NCBI GenBank assembly: GCA_028826165.1
Contig: JAPDFW010000081.1
Coordinates: forward strand, 124,001-188,000
Length of the DNA stretch: 64,000 nucleotides
Origin: Anaeramoeba ignava BMAN
Taxonomy: Eukaryota > Protista > Anaeramoebae
Reading direction: 5' to 3'
Shown in pieces: positions 40,301 to 51,815 of this stretch (position 1 is the first letter of the stretch; each line of letters opens with the position of its first letter). Made by a program: the position numbers and the translations under genes. The notes beneath the pieces were generated by a model. That model was not told the DNA's origin. It searched no databases and saw nothing but the letters and a program-made list of their open reading frames with translations.

Positions 40301-42470
40301 AATTTATATTTAAAAAATTAATAAATTTAAATTAATATTTAATTATAAATTAATTCTAAAATTATAATTAATAAATATTTATGATTAAATACTTATAATT
40401 AATAATTGATTTTATTTATATTTTATTATTAAATATTTTTAATTAAATTTTATATTTAAAAAATTAATAGATTTAAATTAATATTTACTTATAAATTAAT
40501 TATAAAAATATAATTTATTAATATTTATAATTAAATACTTATAATTATTAATTAATTTTGTTTATATTTTATTATTAAATATTTTTAATTTAAATTTATA
40601 TCTAAAAAAATTAATAGATTTAAATTAATATTTAATTATAAATTAATTCTAAAATTATAATTTATAAATATTTATAATTAAATACTTATAATTAATAATT
40701 AATTTTATTTATATTTTATTATTAAATATTTTTAATTAAATTTTTATTTAAAAATTAATAGTTTTAAATTAATATTTAATTATAAATTAATTATAAAATT
40801 ATAATTTAATTAATATTTATAATTAAATATTTATAATTATTTAATTTTATTTATATTTTATTATTAAATATTTTTAATTAAATTTATATTTAAAAAAATT
40901 TATAATTTTAAATTAATATTTACTTATAAATTAATTCTAAAATTATAATTAATTAATATTTATAATTAAATATTTATAATTAATATTTAATTTTATTTAT
41001 ATTTTATTATTAAATATTTTTAATTAAATTTTTATTTAAAAATTAATAGATTTAAATTAATATTTAATTATAAATTAATTATAAAATTATAATTAATTAA
41101 TATTTATAATTAAATATTTATAATTATTATTTAATTTTATTTATATTTTATTATTAAATATTTTTAATTAAATTTATATTTAAAAATTTAATAGTTTTAA
41201 ATTAATATTTAATTATAAATTAATTCTAAAATTATAATTTATTAATATTTATAATTAAATATTTATAATTCAAACTATTTAATTTTATTTATATTTTATT
41301 ATTAAATATTTTTAATTAAATTTATATTTAAAAATTAATAGTTTTAAATTAATATTTACTTATAAATTAATTATAAAATTATAATTTATTAATATTTATA
41401 ATTAATACTTAATTCAAAACTATTTAATTTTGTTTATATTTTATTATTAAATATTTTTAATTAAATTTTTAATTTAAAAAATTAATAGTTTTAAATTAAT
41501 ATTTTACTTATAAATTAATTCTAAAATTATAATTAATTAATATTTATAATTAAATATTTATAATTAATATTTAATTTTATTTATATTTTATTATTAAATA
41601 TTTTTAATTAAATTTATATTTAAAAATTAATAGTTTTAAATTAATATTTACTTATAAATTAATTATAAAATTATAATTTAATTAATATTTATAATTAAAT
41701 ATTTATAATTAATAATTAATTTTATTTACATTTTATTATTAAATATTTTTAATTAAATTTATATTTAAAAAATTAATAATTTTAAATTAATATTTAATTA
41801 TAAATTAATTATAAAATTATAATTTATTAATATTTATAATTAAATATTTTTAATTAATAATTAATTTTGTTTATATTTTATTATTAAATATTTTTAATTA
41901 AATTTATATTTAAAAATTAATAGTTTTAAATTAATATTTACTTATAAATTAATTATAAAATATAATTTATTAATATTTATAATTAATTTTAATTCAAAAC
42001 TAATTTTAATTTTTTATATATTTTATTATTAAATATTTTTAATTAAATTTATATTTAAAAATTAATAGTTTTAAATTAATATTTACTTATAAATTAACTA
42101 TAAAATTATAATTTAATTAATATTTATAATTAAATATTTATAATTAATATTTAATTTTATTTATATTTTATTATTAAATATTTTTAATTTAAATTTATAT
42201 TTAAAAATTAATAAATTTAAATTAATATTTAATTATAAATTAATTCTAAAATTATAATTTATTAATATTTATAATTAAATATTTATAATTAATAATTAAT
42301 TTTATTTTATTTATAATTTTTATTTTTATTAAAATATTTTTTTTTAAATTAAATTATTCTAAAAAAAAATTATTAAATTTAAATTAATATTTTGTTTATA
42401 TATTTTATTATTAAATATTTTTAATTAAATTTATATTTAATTAAAAAATTAATATTTATAATTAAATTTT
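37400..42470. repeat. Satellite array, ~145-bp unit, roughly 35 copies, almost entirely A/T
   Basis: Marker 'aatag' at 37421, 37566, 37711, 37856, 38001, 38149 and onward. Confidence 0.92.
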
Positions 42471-42580
42471 TATTTAATATTTATCATGGTTGTTTTAATT
42501 TTATTGAAAATTCATTTTAAAGTTTTATTTTATTTATTTTTTTTTAAAAAAAAAAAGTGTCAATTTTTTCTTATATGATC

Positions 42581-43560
42581 TTATTGATCATCTTTTGTAT
42601 TTTGCTCTTTTTCTTGTTTCACATTTTCTGTATTTGTTTTAGAATTATCATCTGGTGCATTTGGCGAATCTCCACTTGATTCAGAACGAAGATCCGAAGA
42701 AAATGAATCAGTCTTGTTTCTTTGCTTTTCAATTTCTGCTAAATCTTCTTTATATTTCTTTTTCAATTCTTTTGCTCTTTCTAAGTAAACCTTTTTGTTT
42801 CAAAAGAAAAAAAGAAAAAATAAATTTTTTTTTTGATTTAATAACAAATATCAACTCAAACCTGCTTTTCAGAATCAGGTAATTCTTTCCATTTTTTTCC
42901 AATTTTACTACTCAATTCCCAAGCCCTAATTTTGGGGAATTCACTTTTGATTTGAGGAGTAACTTCTTTCACCCACAAAAGATATCCAGTCATTGGTTTC
43001 TTTAATTTTTTTTTTAGATCAGGCTTTTTTTCTTCAGGTTTTTTCTTTCTTTTTTTAGCTCTTTTTTTTCTTCTTCTTGATCTAGCTGCTCGAGTCATTA
43101 TTATTCGCTCTTCTGAACTAGTTGTTGTTTCTTGTGAATTTTCTTTTTGAGCTTCTTTATACTCTTGCATTTTTTGATTATATTTTCTTTGTTCTTCTCT
43201 TGATCGTTCAAAGTAAATCTTTTTTTTGTTTAGTTTAGTTTTGTTTTTTAAAAAAAAGAGAAAAAAGATCAAAACAAAAAATTATTAAAATAAATGGCTG
43301 TTTTAAAACAACAACATTTTAAATTTAAGTTGTTCGGTTCAATATTTTAATTTGTAAAAGAATGTATTGGAAATTACTTTTTTGGATTCAGAATCTAAAG
43401 CTCTCCATTCCTCTCCTGTTAATTTGCCAAGTTTCCCAAGTGAAATATTTGGATTTTCCTTTGTAATCCGCTCTCGAACATCCTCAGCAAAAAGTATATA
43501 AGCATTTAATGGTCTTTTTGGTTCTTCTGGTTTTTTATTATCTGTGGATTGTGTGGACAT
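42581..43560 (-). CDS. Two-HMG-box protein; 3 exons
   Basis: PKRPLNAYILF...LGKLTGEEWRAL and KKPMTGYLLWVKE...SKIGKKWKELPDSEKQ. Confidence 0.9.
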
Positions 43561-44188
43561 TTTGTAAATTAATAATGAGAATCAATCCAAACAAAAAATT
43601 AAAGTGAAAAAAAAAAACCAAAATAAAACAAAATCAAAACAAACCTAAAATAATTAAAAAAAACAAATGAAAAAAAAAAATAAGAAATCATAAAAGAAAA
43701 AAAAAAGAAATGATCTTTTTCTTTTTAATAAATTTAAATCCAGTTATTCCACATTTCTTTTTTCTGGAAAGGATCTCTTTTCTTTATCTAATACTCCCAA
43801 CCCCAAATCTACCTTCATACGTTAAAATATTGAAAAATAAAAAAAAATTTTTTTTTTATTAAATAAATTAAAAAAAATAAATTAAAAAAAAATTAATTAA
43901 AAAAAATAAATTATTTACCCCTTTTTAAGCAAAAAAACAAAAACAACAAAAAAACAAAAACAAACATAAATTTTATTTCTTCTTTTACTTATTCTTTTTC
44001 TTTTAAAAATTTGATTAAAAATTGGATTAAAAAAAAAAATTGTTTTTATTTTATTCTTTTTGATTTTTTTATTGTTGAAAAAATTGTGAATTTTGTTTTT
44101 AAAAAAGAGAAGAAAAAATTTTTTTTTTGAAAGATTTTTTTGAAAGATTTTTTTAAAAGATTTTTAAAAGATTTAAAAAAAAAATGAT

Positions 44189-46755
44189 TTAAATTCGGAT
44201 TTGATAAGATCCTGCTTTTGTAATATAACGAACCCATTTAACAGCTTCATAATTAGATTTCTCAAAAACTTTCAAGAATCGAACACGAAGACCTGAGGAT
44301 GTATACATTGGAACCTGAAAATCCATTGAAATTGGAGGTCTACTCCAAGTTTTATTCGAATCAACTCCTCGAATCAAGTTAATTTCTGCATTAATTGATG
44401 ATTCAGTTCTTCCTGGAAATCGTTTAATTCTAAAAAATTTTTTTTGATTGATTGATTTAAAAAAAATAATAAGATGAATTTTTTCAATTAATTTTCTCTT
44501 CTTCAAAATAATAAAACAAAAAGTTAAAAACCTCCAAACAATCGCTTCTGCTGTTGGATCGTATTTCGCTCTACCGATTGTTGTTGATGTTTTTGTATCT
44601 GCTGTGTTTTTTGGAACTGGAATTCGAATGACTACTTTGGATGCAAATAATTTTTCCGAAAACTCTGCTCTGATTGTAACTTTTGCCTCAACTGTAGATC
44701 CTCCTTGTTCCTTCACAACTGGCATCACTTTAAATGGTAACATAACATTTTCTGTGGTTCGATATCTTTAAGACGAATATTTAAAATATAAATAAAAATA
44801 TATAAATATTTAAATATTTAAAATATTTTTTCTTTCTTTTTAATTGAGTACTTCATTAACTCAAAAACACCATCTGGAGGAATAAATGAGATTGTACGAT
44901 CGCTATCAAATTTACCTAGCTTGACACATTGATGGAAAGTGCAATCATCAAGTGCAATAGCTGAATCTCGACTTTTTTTTTTTGAATTAAAAATTTGATT
45001 TTCCAAAAAAAGAAAAAATCAATTTTATAAAAATAAATTGAGAAATTTTTTTGTGATTATTATATTATACGCTTTGGATGTTTTTGTGGTTTGTTCTTCT
45101 ATTGCAACTTTATCGTTGAGACCCAATTTGCATTCTGGCATTCCTGATAATTGTGATTTCATAACAATTACTCCTGCAACATCAGATTTGAGAACATTTC
45201 CTGAGTTTGACATTAAAAGATTTACGCTCTCAATTACATCAAGAAATAGTTCATTTCTTGGATAAAATATATCATCTTTTCTCCATCCAATAACTCCAGT
45301 TGCCTTAATTGCAATTTTTTTAGCTGTTTCTGCAGAATCCTTTTTTGTTTTATTTTTTGTTTTAATTTTTTTTACTTTTTTAATTTATATTATTTTGAAT
45401 TTTTACTTTATCTTGTCGGAAGTTTTCTTGATTGATATATAATTTCAGAATATCAGTTGAAGAATTTTGTGGATATCCGAAATCGATAGTTTCTTTAATT
45501 TTTTCAATAAAATTCAATCAGAATCAAAATAAAATAAAAATAAAAATTAAAATTCATTTTAAAATTAAAATTAAAATTAAAATTAAAATTAAAATTAAAA
45601 TTAAAATTAAAATTATAATTAAAATTAAAATTAAAATTCATTTTAAAATTAAAGATTAAAATTAAAATTAAAATTAAATTTAAAATTAAAATTAAAAATC
45701 ATTTTAAAATTAAAATTAAAATTAAAATTAAAATTAAAATTAAAATTAAAATTAAAATACCATCTAAAATCTCATATATTAGAGAAAAGTTGTTTCTAAT
45801 TGAATTCTCATTAACTGAACCAAAATAACTTTCTAAAACACTAACTAAAGTTTTTAAAAACTCAAAAACCAAAGCTGCATTAACATTTTTTTTGGTTACT
45901 GCAACAATAAAAATATTGCTAATTCTTTGAAACATAAATATTGTATCTTCCATTTGTTTTATTGGGCATCCAATTTCTTTTGCTGCGATAACTTCAATTC
46001 TAAATGATTCAGCAAAATTTTTACTAATAAAATTTTTTTTTACAAAATTAATAAATAAATTAATAATTAATTTTATAAATAATTTTGTAATTGATTTTAT
46101 AAATAATTTTATAATTAATTTTATAATTAATTTTATAATTGATTTTATAAATAATTTTATAATTAATTTTATAATTAATTTTGTAATAGATTTTATAAAT
46201 AAATTAATAATTAATTTTGTAAATAAATTTAATAAATAATTTAATAATTAATTTTATAAATAAATTAATAATTAATTTTATAATTAATTTTATAATTAAA
46301 TTTATAATTAATTTTATAAATAAATTAATAATTAATTTTATAAATAAATTAATAATTAATTTTATAAATAATTTTATAAATAAATTAATAATAAATAATT
46401 TTAATTAAATTTAATTTTATAAATAAATTTTAAATAATTAAATTTATAAATAATTTAATAATTAAATTTATAAATAATTTAATAATTAAATTTATAAATA
46501 ATTTAATAATTAAATTTATAAATAATTTAATAATTAAATTTATAAATAATTTAATAATTAAATTTATAAATAATTTAATAATTAATTTTATAAATAATTT
46601 AATAATTAATTTTGGAAATAAAAATTGAATGTTTCAAATATAAATTGAAATAAAGAAAATTAAATAAATAAAATTATTTACGGAATATCTTCTCGATACA
46701 TTCGAGAGATTAGAATTGATCCTTTTTCATTTATAAAAGTAATTGCAGAAATCAT
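44189..46755 (-). CDS. AP2M1: AP-2 complex mu subunit; ~7 exons
   Basis: [45 protein letters not shown]...[91 protein letters not shown]. Confidence 0.95.
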
Positions 46756-46835
46756 TATAAAAAAAAAATAAAAAAAAAAAATGAAAAAAATGAAAAAAAT
46801 GAAAAAAATGAAAAAAAAAAATTATTATTATTATT

Positions 46836-46906
46836 CTCCAGCACTGGGAATTGAACCCAGATCAATTGATTTAGAGTCAACTACTTTGCCATTAAGCTAT
46901 ACTGGA
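46836..46906 (-). tRNA. tRNA with CTA anticodon (UAG-decoding, amber-suppressor type); charged amino acid unknown
   Basis: Reverse complement TCCAGTA-TA-GCTT-AATGGCA-AAGT-A-GTTGA-CTCTAAA-TCAAT-TGAT-CTGGG-TTCAATT-CCCAG-TGCTGGA-G folds into a full cloverleaf with U8, A14, G18G19, U33, TTC and A58; oligo-T Pol III terminator about 15 nt downstream. Confidence 0.92.
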
Positions 46907-47092
46907 TTTTTTTAATTTATTTTTTTTTTAAATAAAAAACAACAAAAATAAATAAATATTTTTTAATTAAAAAAAAATTTAATAATTGGTATATTTATAT
47001 TATATTTTTAAAAATATTTTTTCTTTTTATTTTTTAATTAAAATTTTTTTTTTTTTTCATTTTTCATTTTTTATTCAAAATAAAATTTAAAA

Positions 47093-48554
47093 ATGGAAAA
47101 AAGAATAAGAAATAATAAAATGAAATTACAAAAAGAAAAAGAAAAAGAAAAAGAAAAAGAAAAAGAAATAAATGATGAAAAACCCAAAAATGAAATAAAG
47201 AAAAGACCTAAAAGAACAAAACAACGAGTTTTAATGTTATCTTCAAGAGGAATATCAACTCGATATAGATTTTTAATGAAAGATATTTTTTCACTTCTTC
47301 CTCATGCAAAAAAAGATGCTAAACTTGAAAAAAAAAATAGTCTTACAGAAATTAATGAAATTGCAGAAATTCTTTCTTGTAATAATTGTATCTTTTTTGA
47401 AACTCGCAAGAAATATGATCTTTATCTATGGCTTTCTAAGTGTCCAAATGGTCCTTCAATTCGTTTCAAAGTTTTTAATGGTATTTTGAATATTATAATT
47501 AATATTAAAATTATTTCGAAAATTAAAATTATTTTGAAAATTATTTTTAATATTAAAATTCATTTTCAAAATTATTTTGAATATTAAAATTATTTCCAAA
47601 ATTAAAATTGATATTAAATTCATTTTCAATATTAAAATTGATATTAAAATCATTTTCAATATTAAAATTGAAATTAAATTCATTTTCAATATTAAAATTA
47701 TTTTGAATATTAAAATTGAAATTAAAATTAATATTAAAATTATTTTGAAAATTAAAATTGAAATTAAAATTATTTTGGATATTAAAATTGAAAATTAAAA
47801 TTATTTTGGATATTAAAATTGAAAATTAAAATTCATTTTCAAAAATTTTCAATATTAAAATTCATTTTCAAAAATTTTCAATATTAAAATTCATTTTCAA
47901 AAATTTTTAATATTAAAAATCATTTTGGATATTCATTTTCAAAAATTTTCAATATTAAAATTCATTTTCAAAAATTTTTAATTTTCAAAAATTTTCAATA
48001 TTAAAAAAGTAAGTACAATGGATGAACTCAAATTTGTTGGTAACAGCCTAAAAGGCTCTCGACCAATTTTAACATTCGATCAACAATTCGAAACAACAGC
48101 ACATTTCCGATTAGCAAAACAAATAATGACAGAAATATTTGCAGTACCACAAGGATTACGGAAATCCAAACCATTTATTGACAAAGTGCTTTCATTTATG
48201 ATTGTAGACAACAAAATTTGGTTTAGATGCTACCAAATCATTTGGAAAGAACAAAATATTGCTCAACAAGGATTAACAGATAACGCTGATTTAAATGTTC
48301 TTGAAGATGAAAATAATTTACTTGAAATTGGACCGCGTTTTGTTCTCCAAATTGTTCGCATTTTCTCTGGAAGTTTTTCTGGTTCAACTCTTTATTCAAA
48401 TCCTGACTTTGTTTCTCCTGCTCAAATTCGATTTTCTCAAAAACAAAAAAAAGTTAATAGATTTTATGCTAAAGCTAAAGCAAGAGAACAAAAACAAGAA
48501 CGTGATTCTCAAATTGTGGTTCCAAAAGATGGTCTTGAAGATGTTTTTAAATAA
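47093..48554 (+). CDS. BRX1: Ribosome biogenesis protein Brix/BRX1; 2 exons
   Basis: VLMLSSRGISTRYRFLMKD, DLYLWLSKCPNGPSIRF, TMDELKFVGNSLKGSRPILTFD, LLEIGPRFVL...IFSGSFSG.TLY.NPDFVSP. Confidence 0.96.
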
Positions 48555-48686
48555 AAATTTCAAATCAAAATACAAATTACAAAAATCAATAAAAATTTTT
48601 TCAATAGATCCAAAAATTATTCTTTTTCTTTTTCTTTTTTTAATTTTTTTGTTAAAAAAAAAAACAATTAAGTTTTTGATTTTGAA

Positions 48687-51590
48687 TTAAATTTTGGATT
48701 TTGAATTAGATTTTGAAATGGATTTTGATTTTGATTTTGATTTTGATTTTTGAATTTCCAGAATTTGATTTTCAATTCCAGCTCCAACTTTATTTGAAGA
48801 AATATTTAATTCGCATAAAGATTGAGATTTTTGGAAAGCTTTAACTAAAGCTTCGCCACCTTTTTTTCTAATCAAATTTGCGGATAAATTAAGGGTTATA
48901 AGCGAGGAATTATTATCAAGAATTCTTGCGAATTCGAGAGCAGTGTCATCTCTGACATAATTTTGGGTCATATTGAGATATTTTAAAGAGGTATTATTTT
49001 CAACAGCTTGCGCAATTGTTTTGTTTGATGAGCTCATAAAATTCCATGATAAATCAAGCGAAGTCAGATTGCGGGAATCCTTCAGAGAATCCGCAAGAAT
49101 TTGTGTATCAGCTGCGCTCAAATAATTATTTGATAAATTCAATTTCTTGAGGTTTTGAAGTCTTGTCACGTAATTAATAACTTGTCCCTTGTCCTCAAGT
49201 TTCCGCAAAACGCTTGAGAGATCAAGGGCTTCCACCTTGGGATGCTGCTTAAGAACAGCAAAGAACTGTTCGCAGGTTGTGAATGGCTGGTTTGAAAGAT
49301 CGATATTTTTCCACAAACTTGGATGAAAGGAAATTTCGGTTGAAAATTTGGATGTCATTGCAAATAAAATAAGATGCTTTTTTTCAAGAAGATGAAGAAT
49401 GCGGAGCAGCAATTCTTTTGAGAGAGAAGTGAGCTGGAGATTTTTGGGTGTTTCGTTTGCTTTGTCCCGATTTAACCGCCCAAAAACAGGAGTTCGTGCT
49501 CCAGATTGCGTGATTGTATTTTCGTTTTGGCTTGTATTTTCGTTATTTTTTGCCTCCATATCTCTAAAGAAACACAACTCCTTAAATTGCTCAATCTGGA
49601 GGACAAGCGCATCGATCTGTTTTTGCTGGAAAAGCACTTCGTCGATGAGCTGGTTATGGAGTTGGGAGAGCCCCTTAATTTTTTCATAAGGACAATCATT
49701 TTGCAAATGGTTCATCATTTCTTGTCTTTTCAATTCAGTATTACAACCACTTGCATAATGAGGACATTTTATTATTTTTTGCCTGCATTCGTTTTCCATA
49801 TGATCCTCAATTTCTTCCTTAGGAACCCATTCTTTGCAGAGTTCGCATTGAATTGGTGTTCTTTTGCATTCTGTTTTCAGATGTTCTTCCACTTGCGATA
49901 ATTGCAGTTTTGCGCCGCATTTTTGTGGACAGTCCACTAATTTGAATGCGCAAATTTCGTTGTGTTTTTCTTGATCTTTTCGTAGTATTTTTTCTTCACA
50001 TCCTTCGTTTTCACATGTTACTTCCTGGAATGGACACTGTTTTAAATGCTCCTTTATTTCGTTGCGTGCGCAGATGTGTTCGCATGATTTGATGTGGTTC
50101 GGACACTTTATTAGTAGTCCGTCAACCATATTTTTGAATACTTCGTGGAGTGTGTTATTTTCTGTGATTTTTAATTCTTCTCCACAAACTGGGCATTTTT
50201 GGTTAGATTTTTTTGCTGATTCGAAGCATCTTTTTTTTTTAATTTCGATGATAATATTCATAATTAATATTCAAAAATAATATTCAAAATAATATTCAAA
50301 AATAATATTCAAAAATAATATTCAAAAATAATATTCAAAAATAATATTCAAAAATAATGTTTTAAAAATAATATTCAAAAATATTTTGTTTTAAAAAATA
50401 ATTTTAATTTTAAATTTTAAATATTCAAATTTTAAATTTTAATTCTGTTTTAAATTTTAATTTTGTTTTAAATTTTAATTTTGTTTTAAATTTTAATTTT
50501 GTTTTAAATTATAATTCTGTTTTAAATTTTAATTCTGTTTTAAATTTTAATTTTGTTTTAAATTTTAATTTTGTTTTAAATTTTAATTTTAATTTTAATT
50601 TTGTTTTAAATTTTAATTTTGTTTTAAATTTTAATTTTGTTTTAAATTTTAATTCTGTTTTAAATTTTAATTTTGTTTTAAATTTTAAATTTTAATATTG
50701 TTTTAAATTTTAATTTTGTTTTAAATTTTAATATTGTTTTAAATTTTAATATTGTTTTAAATTTTAATTTTGTTTTAAATTTTAATTTTGTTTTAAATTT
50801 TAATTCTGTTTTTAAATTTTAATTCTGTTTTAAATTTTAATTCTGTTTTTAAATTTTAATTTTGTTTTAAATTTTAATTTTGTTTTAAATTTTAATTTTG
50901 TTTTAAATTTTAATTTTGTTTTAAATTTTAATTCTATTTTAAATTTTTTAATTTTGTTTTAAATTTTAATTTTGTTTTAAATTTTAATTTTAATTTTGTT
51001 TTAAATTTTAATTTGTTTTAAATTTTTTTGTTTTTAAAATTTTGTTTTTTTTAATTTTGTTTTAAATTTTAATTTGTTTTAAATTTTTTTAATTTTGTTT
51101 TAAAATTTTAATTTTGTTTTAAATTTTAATTTTGTTTTTAATTTTTAATTTTGTTTTAAATTTTATTTTGTTTAAATTTTTTGTTTTAAATTTTTAATTT
51201 TGTTTTAAATTATAATTCTGTTTTTAAATTTTAATTTTGTTTTAAATTTTAATTCTGTTTTAAATTATAATTCTTTTTTAAATTTTAATTCTGTTTTAAA
51301 TTTTAATTCTATTTTAAATTTTAATTCTGTTTTTAAATTTTAATATGTTTTAAATTTTAATTTTGTTTTTAATTTCCTTTTTCATCCAATTTTTGAATTA
51401 TGTAAAAAATAAAACAATTTTCTTTTTAGAAAAAAACTCACTTAGCACAAAATGTATGTTTGCAATCCGAAACAACTGGATCGACAAATGGTAACATACA
51501 AATTTTACAAATCAAAGAAGGACTTATTTTATCAATAGGATCAACATATTCAAAATACTCATTTATTTCTAAATTTTCATTTTTTTGCAT
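48687..51590 (-). CDS. RING + TRAF-type zinc fingers + coiled coil + F-box + RNI-like LRR protein; 2 exons
   Basis: Exon 1 CKICMLPFVDPVVSDCKHTFCAK joins CFES...CPVC (RING). Repeated C-x-C...HL..EC fingers, LTSLSKELLLRILHLL (F-box), then LxxLNLSxNxL repeats. Confidence 0.85.
50400..51370. repeat. ~18-bp tandem repeat (gttttaaattttaatttt)n in an intron
   Basis: Direct reading of the sequence. Confidence 0.88.
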
Positions 51591-51815
51591 TTCAATTATA
51601 AAGAATAAAGAAAGATTTTATTTTATTTTATTTTATTTTGTTATTTTGTTTTATTTTGTTTTGTTTTGTTTTGTTTTATTTTATTTTGTTTTATAAAAGC
51701 GAAAAATAGAAAAATGAAAAAAAAAATTGAAAAAAAAAATAAAAAAGAAATTTTTCTTTTGGTTCATTTATTTAGTCAAAAAAAAAAAAAGTAAAAGAAA
51801 AATATCTTTAATTTA

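Noticed and set aside
37400-42470. CRISPR array or telomeric repeat
   Set aside because: Head-to-tail diverged units with no unique spacers, no cas genes, no G-rich telomere motif, eukaryotic context.
46836-46906. Calling the tRNA tRNA-Sec or a definite tRNA-Pyl
   Set aside because: The anticodon is CTA, not TCA, and there is no long variable arm, so it is not Sec. It has a 2-nt acceptor/D linker, G18G19, TTC and U1-A72, unlike canonical tRNA-Pyl, and no pyl genes are in the window. Identity left open.
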